A DNA stretch of 64,000 nucleotides from Myxococcota bacterium (lineage in GTDB: Bacteria > Myxococcota > JACRCW01), in contig JBFMGU010000013.1 of assembly GCA_040752415.1 (NCBI GenBank), positions 8,374 through 72,373 on the forward strand, written 5' to 3'. Positions 61,601 through 64,000 of this stretch are shown here, in pieces (positions within the stretch are counted from its first letter, which is position 1; each line of letters starts with the position of its first letter). A model generated the notes under the pieces. It did no database searches. It saw nothing but the letters and a program-made list of their open reading frames with translations, and had not been told where the DNA came from. The position numbers and the translations under genes were made by a program.

Positions 61601-61789
61601 GACCTGCTGCTCCACCTCCTCCGGTCCCGCGCCGGGATAGGTGATGACCACGGAGGCCAGCGGAAAGGTGATGTCCGGGAAGAGGTCGATGCCCAGGCGT
61701 CCCAGCGCCAGGAAGCCCATGACGCTGATGGCCAACGTCACCATGGTGGTGAAGACCGGGCGATCGATCGAGACGTCGGTGATCTTCAT
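58643..61789 (-). CDS. RND efflux permease (AcrB/HAE1 type)
   Basis: SIDRPVF, YPGAGPEEVE, GLLIDDSVVVRENI, GLVTKNGILLVD and RLRPILMT. Confidence 0.95.
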   Translation of the reverse strand: MKITDVSIDRPVFTTMVTLAISVMGFLALGRLGIDLFPDITFPLASVVITYPGAGPEEVEQQVSRVVEEAVSGINGIDEVRSISRDSVSTVIVTFKMETDVKQAVSDVRDRVAMARGKLPRDALDPVISRIDPGAVPVLIYAASSTTRPSMQTRELIDDTVRPVLERVDGVGSVTLLGGDVREIRVELHQDRLDAHRLTVAQVAQAIGAESMDIPGGRVSVGTRELSLKAVARFQSPREVEDVVLIAMPNGTQVRVRDVGTVIDGVKEARTLTRVNGNPSVTFQIQKQSGTNTVATADGVEAAMARLQKTLPPDITITKVGDSSRFIRSNVKQLWDALIEGAIFAILVIFLFMLDWRSTFISALALPTSVVATFFVIWQLGFTLNIMSMLGLSLAIGLLIDDSVVVRENIFRHMERGADPLTAARRGTTEIALAVMATTFTVVAVFVPVAFTGGIIGRMFRQFGLTVAAAVLVSLVVSFTLDPMMSARLTQKIDPHHHEKQKKHPIYGPILWVLDGMDNVYRGILDFALRHRILVVLLAGGAFVGSLSLTSLMGTEGFGRGDQGQFSVQIELAPGTSLTQTDRVTRQVEALVRKIPEVIDINTTVGPNEEVSKATVRVKTTPKDQRTRSLTMIMDELRGQLGDVPGLTYYLREAGLGGEAEESAMNAPISLQVRGSDYVELRRIADEVHQIVKNTRGTRDIAMSYRPGPPEQQLVVDRAKVADLGVSFAAAASTLRTAVEGDPVAKFRAGDRNIDVRVQLREADRDAVDDILAIGVPTRRGTPVTLREVTTLHPSATPATIERINRERLITVTANVANRSLGDVVAEINQGLARLQKPSGYSFKFGGEAERMQETFSNLGIALLLAVLFIYFVLASQFESFIHPFTIMLSLPLAIVGAFAFLFLLDIPLGMPAMIGIILLMGLVTKNGILLVDYANQLRDQGHGIIEALRIAGPTRLRPILMTSAAMVLGMLPTALSHSEGSEFRQPMSVAVIGGVVTSTLLTLVVVPVVYIWFDKLTLRHRREKHRAHHNGKPPRRESEVVSDATAA

Positions 61790-61793
61790 CTGG

Positions 61794-62975
61794 TCACTCC
61801 GCCCGGTCCGCGATCTTGACGGGCGCGCCCGGGGAGAGCCCGGTCTGCCCGGTGACCACGACCATGTCCCTGTCGGTGAGCCCGCTGCGCACGGCCACGT
61901 AGGGACCCTCGGTGGGCTCCACCTGCGCGCGCACCGCCTCCGCCTTGCCGTCGCGCACCACGTAGACCACGGCACCCTGCGCGTCGGTGATCACGGCGTC
62001 CTGCGCCACGGACAACACGCCCTCGCGCCGGCCGATCTCGATGCTGCCGCGCGCGAACATGTTGGGCAGCAATCGGCCGTGCGGATTGGCGACGAGGATC
62101 TCCACCGCGGCGCGGCGCGTCTGCGCATCCAGGGACGGCGCGCGCACGGAGACCTTCCCCTCGAACACCTGGTCCGGCAGCTCGTCCACGACGATGCGCG
62201 CCTGCTGCCCCACGCTGAGCAGGTGGTACTCGGCGGCGGTGACGGAGCCCTCCAGCTTCATCTCCGCCACCTCCTGCACCTTGAAGAGCGGCGCGCCGGG
62301 AACGGCCATGCTGCCCAGCTGCACGTTGCGCGCGACGACGATGCCGTCGATGGGGCTGGTGATGCGGCTGTTGTCCAACGCAACCTGCGTCAATCCCGCC
62401 GCGGCGCGTGCCAGCTCGGCCTGCGCCTCCGCGGTCCGGACGCCGGCCTGCGCCGCCTTCAGTCCCATTTCCACGCGCTCAAGCTCGGCGGCGGGCAGCG
62501 CCCCCTCGACGGCGAGGCTCTTCATGCGGTCCAACTGGCGCTGCGCGGTCTCCGCGTTCACGCGCGCCTGCTCAACGGCGGCCTCCGCCACCTGGACCTG
62601 CGCGGCGGTTTGTCGGACCTGCCATTCCACCTCGCGGTGCTCCACCACGGCGAGGACCTGGCCCGTCCGGACACGGTCCCCGACCTTGACCTTCACGCTC
62701 TCCAGACGGCCGCCCATGCGCGCGGTGACATCCACCTCGCTGGTGGACCGCATGGTGCCGGTGATGCTCACCCGGTCGACGATCTCGCGACGCTCCGGCG
62801 GGGCCACGGCCACGGTGGGAATGGGCGCCGCCTGTGGGATGGACTGCTCCGCGCGAACCTTCTTGGCCTTGTCGATGCGGACGGCAAACACCGCTCCGAG
62901 CGCGCCGACGAGAACCAGCGCAATGAGGATGCCCTTGCCGCTGCTGCTGGCGGGCGGAGGCGGGAGGTCCGTCAT
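61794..62975 (-). CDS. RND efflux membrane fusion protein
   Basis: N-terminal TM; VKVGDRV..GQVL, ITSPIDGIV and LLPNMFA. Confidence 0.92.
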   Translation of the reverse strand: MTDLPPPPASSSGKGILIALVLVGALGAVFAVRIDKAKKVRAEQSIPQAAPIPTVAVAPPERREIVDRVSITGTMRSTSEVDVTARMGGRLESVKVKVGDRVRTGQVLAVVEHREVEWQVRQTAAQVQVAEAAVEQARVNAETAQRQLDRMKSLAVEGALPAAELERVEMGLKAAQAGVRTAEAQAELARAAAGLTQVALDNSRITSPIDGIVVARNVQLGSMAVPGAPLFKVQEVAEMKLEGSVTAAEYHLLSVGQQARIVVDELPDQVFEGKVSVRAPSLDAQTRRAAVEILVANPHGRLLPNMFARGSIEIGRREGVLSVAQDAVITDAQGAVVYVVRDGKAEAVRAQVEPTEGPYVAVRSGLTDRDMVVVTGQTGLSPGAPVKIADRAE

Positions 62976-63619
62976 GAGGTGCTCCTGGGAAGCGAAGGGA
63001 TGGGCTCCGTCGTGGGCGGGCCGGAAAGACCGTGGAGGAGGAGCTGCACAATGGTGCGTGCGCTGGCGGCCAGCGGCGCGGAGGACTGCTCGATTGCCCA
63101 GCGGATGAACGACATGTGCAGCGCGCTGAGGATGAACAGCGCGGCGGTCTCCACCGGGCAGCCGCGCAGGTCGCCCGGAGCGGCGTTGGCCTTCACCCAC
63201 GACGTCATGCGCGCCGCGAAGCTCAGGAAGCCCGCCCGCGCGCGCTCGTGTCGGGTGCGCGAAACCGCCATGGTCTGCGAAGCCACCAGGAAGACCGCCA
63301 GCTCCCCACGCCGCCGGTCAGCGAGGGAAAGCTGGGTCCGCACCAGGTGCTCCAGGCGTTGTCGGAATGCGGTTCCCGACGGGGCCGGCACTTCAAAGGT
63401 GGCCAGCATCTCGTGCGCGAGGTGCTCGAGCAGGCCGTCCACGATCTCCTGCTTGCCCGTGAAATAGGAATAGAGCGTGGCCGCGCCATAACCAGCCTCG
63501 GCGGCAATGTCCTGCACGGTGGTGGCGTCGAGCCCCTTGCTGGCAAACGCCCGCGCCGCCGCCTCGAGGATCTCGATCCGGTGACGGGCCTGCTTGCGCG
63601 CTCGACGGTCAGGATTCAT
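62972..63619 (-). CDS. TetR/AcrR family regulator heading the efflux operon
   Basis: ILEAAARAFASKG..ATTVQDIAAEAG....TLYSYF.GK; ATGA overlap with the MFP gene. Confidence 0.92.
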   Translation of the reverse strand: MNPDRRARKQARHRIEILEAAARAFASKGLDATTVQDIAAEAGYGAATLYSYFTGKQEIVDGLLEHLAHEMLATFEVPAPSGTAFRQRLEHLVRTQLSLADRRRGELAVFLVASQTMAVSRTRHERARAGFLSFAARMTSWVKANAAPGDLRGCPVETAALFILSALHMSFIRWAIEQSSAPLAASARTIVQLLLHGLSGPPTTEPIPSLPRSTS

Positions 63620-63654
63620 CCGCAGAACACCTGTTCTCCATTCCTAACGAGTGG

Positions 63655-63685
63655 TGACTTTGCCGAATGCATATTCGGAAGTCAA
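63655..63685 (-). promoter_or_regulatory. Sigma-70-like promoter containing a palindromic operator
   Basis: Minus strand TTGACT-17 nt-CAAAGT; the spacer holds CCGAAT-ATGC-ATTCGG; ~35 nt upstream of tetR. Confidence 0.7.
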
Positions 63686-63695
63686 GGACGGTGGT

Positions 63696-64000
63696 TCACG
63701 GATCCGGATCAGGGTCCAGAACAAGATGCCCAGCGGGATTGCGGACGTGTGAGCGGGCCACGACCTGGAGTGCGGCGGGCCCTCGCCGCTTTGGACAAGT
63801 GCTCCAAAAACCGTCCTGGCTGTCGGCCGAGGCGGGTCCCGGGTCCCTTGTCGTCGTTGGCCTGGCTTGGGCAACACCCTGGCCTGGGTCGTTGTTGTTG
63901 GGAGGCCGCGGCGGCGTCACATTGGGCACCTTGAACACGACCGTGACTCCTTCCGAGTCGACTTCGACCCGCGACACCAGGGTCTGGATCACAAGGCGTT
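63696..64000 (-). mobile_element. 3' end of a probable large serine recombinase gene (5' part outside window)
   Basis: Open frame from the window edge: RLVIQTLVSRVEVDSEGVTVVFKVP, a Pro-rich linker, then FWSTC. This resembles large serine recombinase C-termini; the catalytic domain is not visible. Confidence 0.55.
63725..63794. repeat. Dispersed REP-like element
   Basis: By-eye alignment gives 60/71 matches to the reverse complement of 14287-14357; core GGAGTGCGGCGGGCCCTCGCCGCTTTGG. Confidence 0.85.

Noticed and set aside
1..64000. tRNA, rRNA, prophage, reverse transcriptase and cas genes
   Set aside because: None were recognised by eye; short RNAs could have been missed without covariance-model searches.

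Overview
GC-rich bacterial DNA, most likely Myxococcota: four proteins end in MYXO-CTERM-like tails, and Cys-rich lipoproteins and a DUF4388-like protein are present. Housekeeping and metabolic genes include xseA-xseB-ispA, hmgA-hppD, ribA, sdaA, a crotonase, an lvaABC-like trio and a TetR-RND-TolC efflux operon. These are interleaved with many secreted or surface proteins: S8, S1 and M4 proteases, a ~3400-aa Kelch/Ig adhesin, a lipoprotein built from five ~260-aa repeats, an FG-GAP-like repeat lipoprotein and a tandem knottin-like lipoprotein. A three-gene CheR/hybrid-kinase module lies at 14.6-21 kb and has no adjacent CheB. The most intriguing non-coding signal is a family of REP-like palindromes at 13.65-14.36 kb, 33.65-33.79 kb and 63.7-63.8 kb. 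One copy directly abuts, and is read through by, the 3' end of a probable large serine recombinase gene at the right edge, which suggests a REP-targeting recombinase element. All family assignments come from motif recognition by eye; no database searches were run, and several start codons were re-picked from the ORF track.
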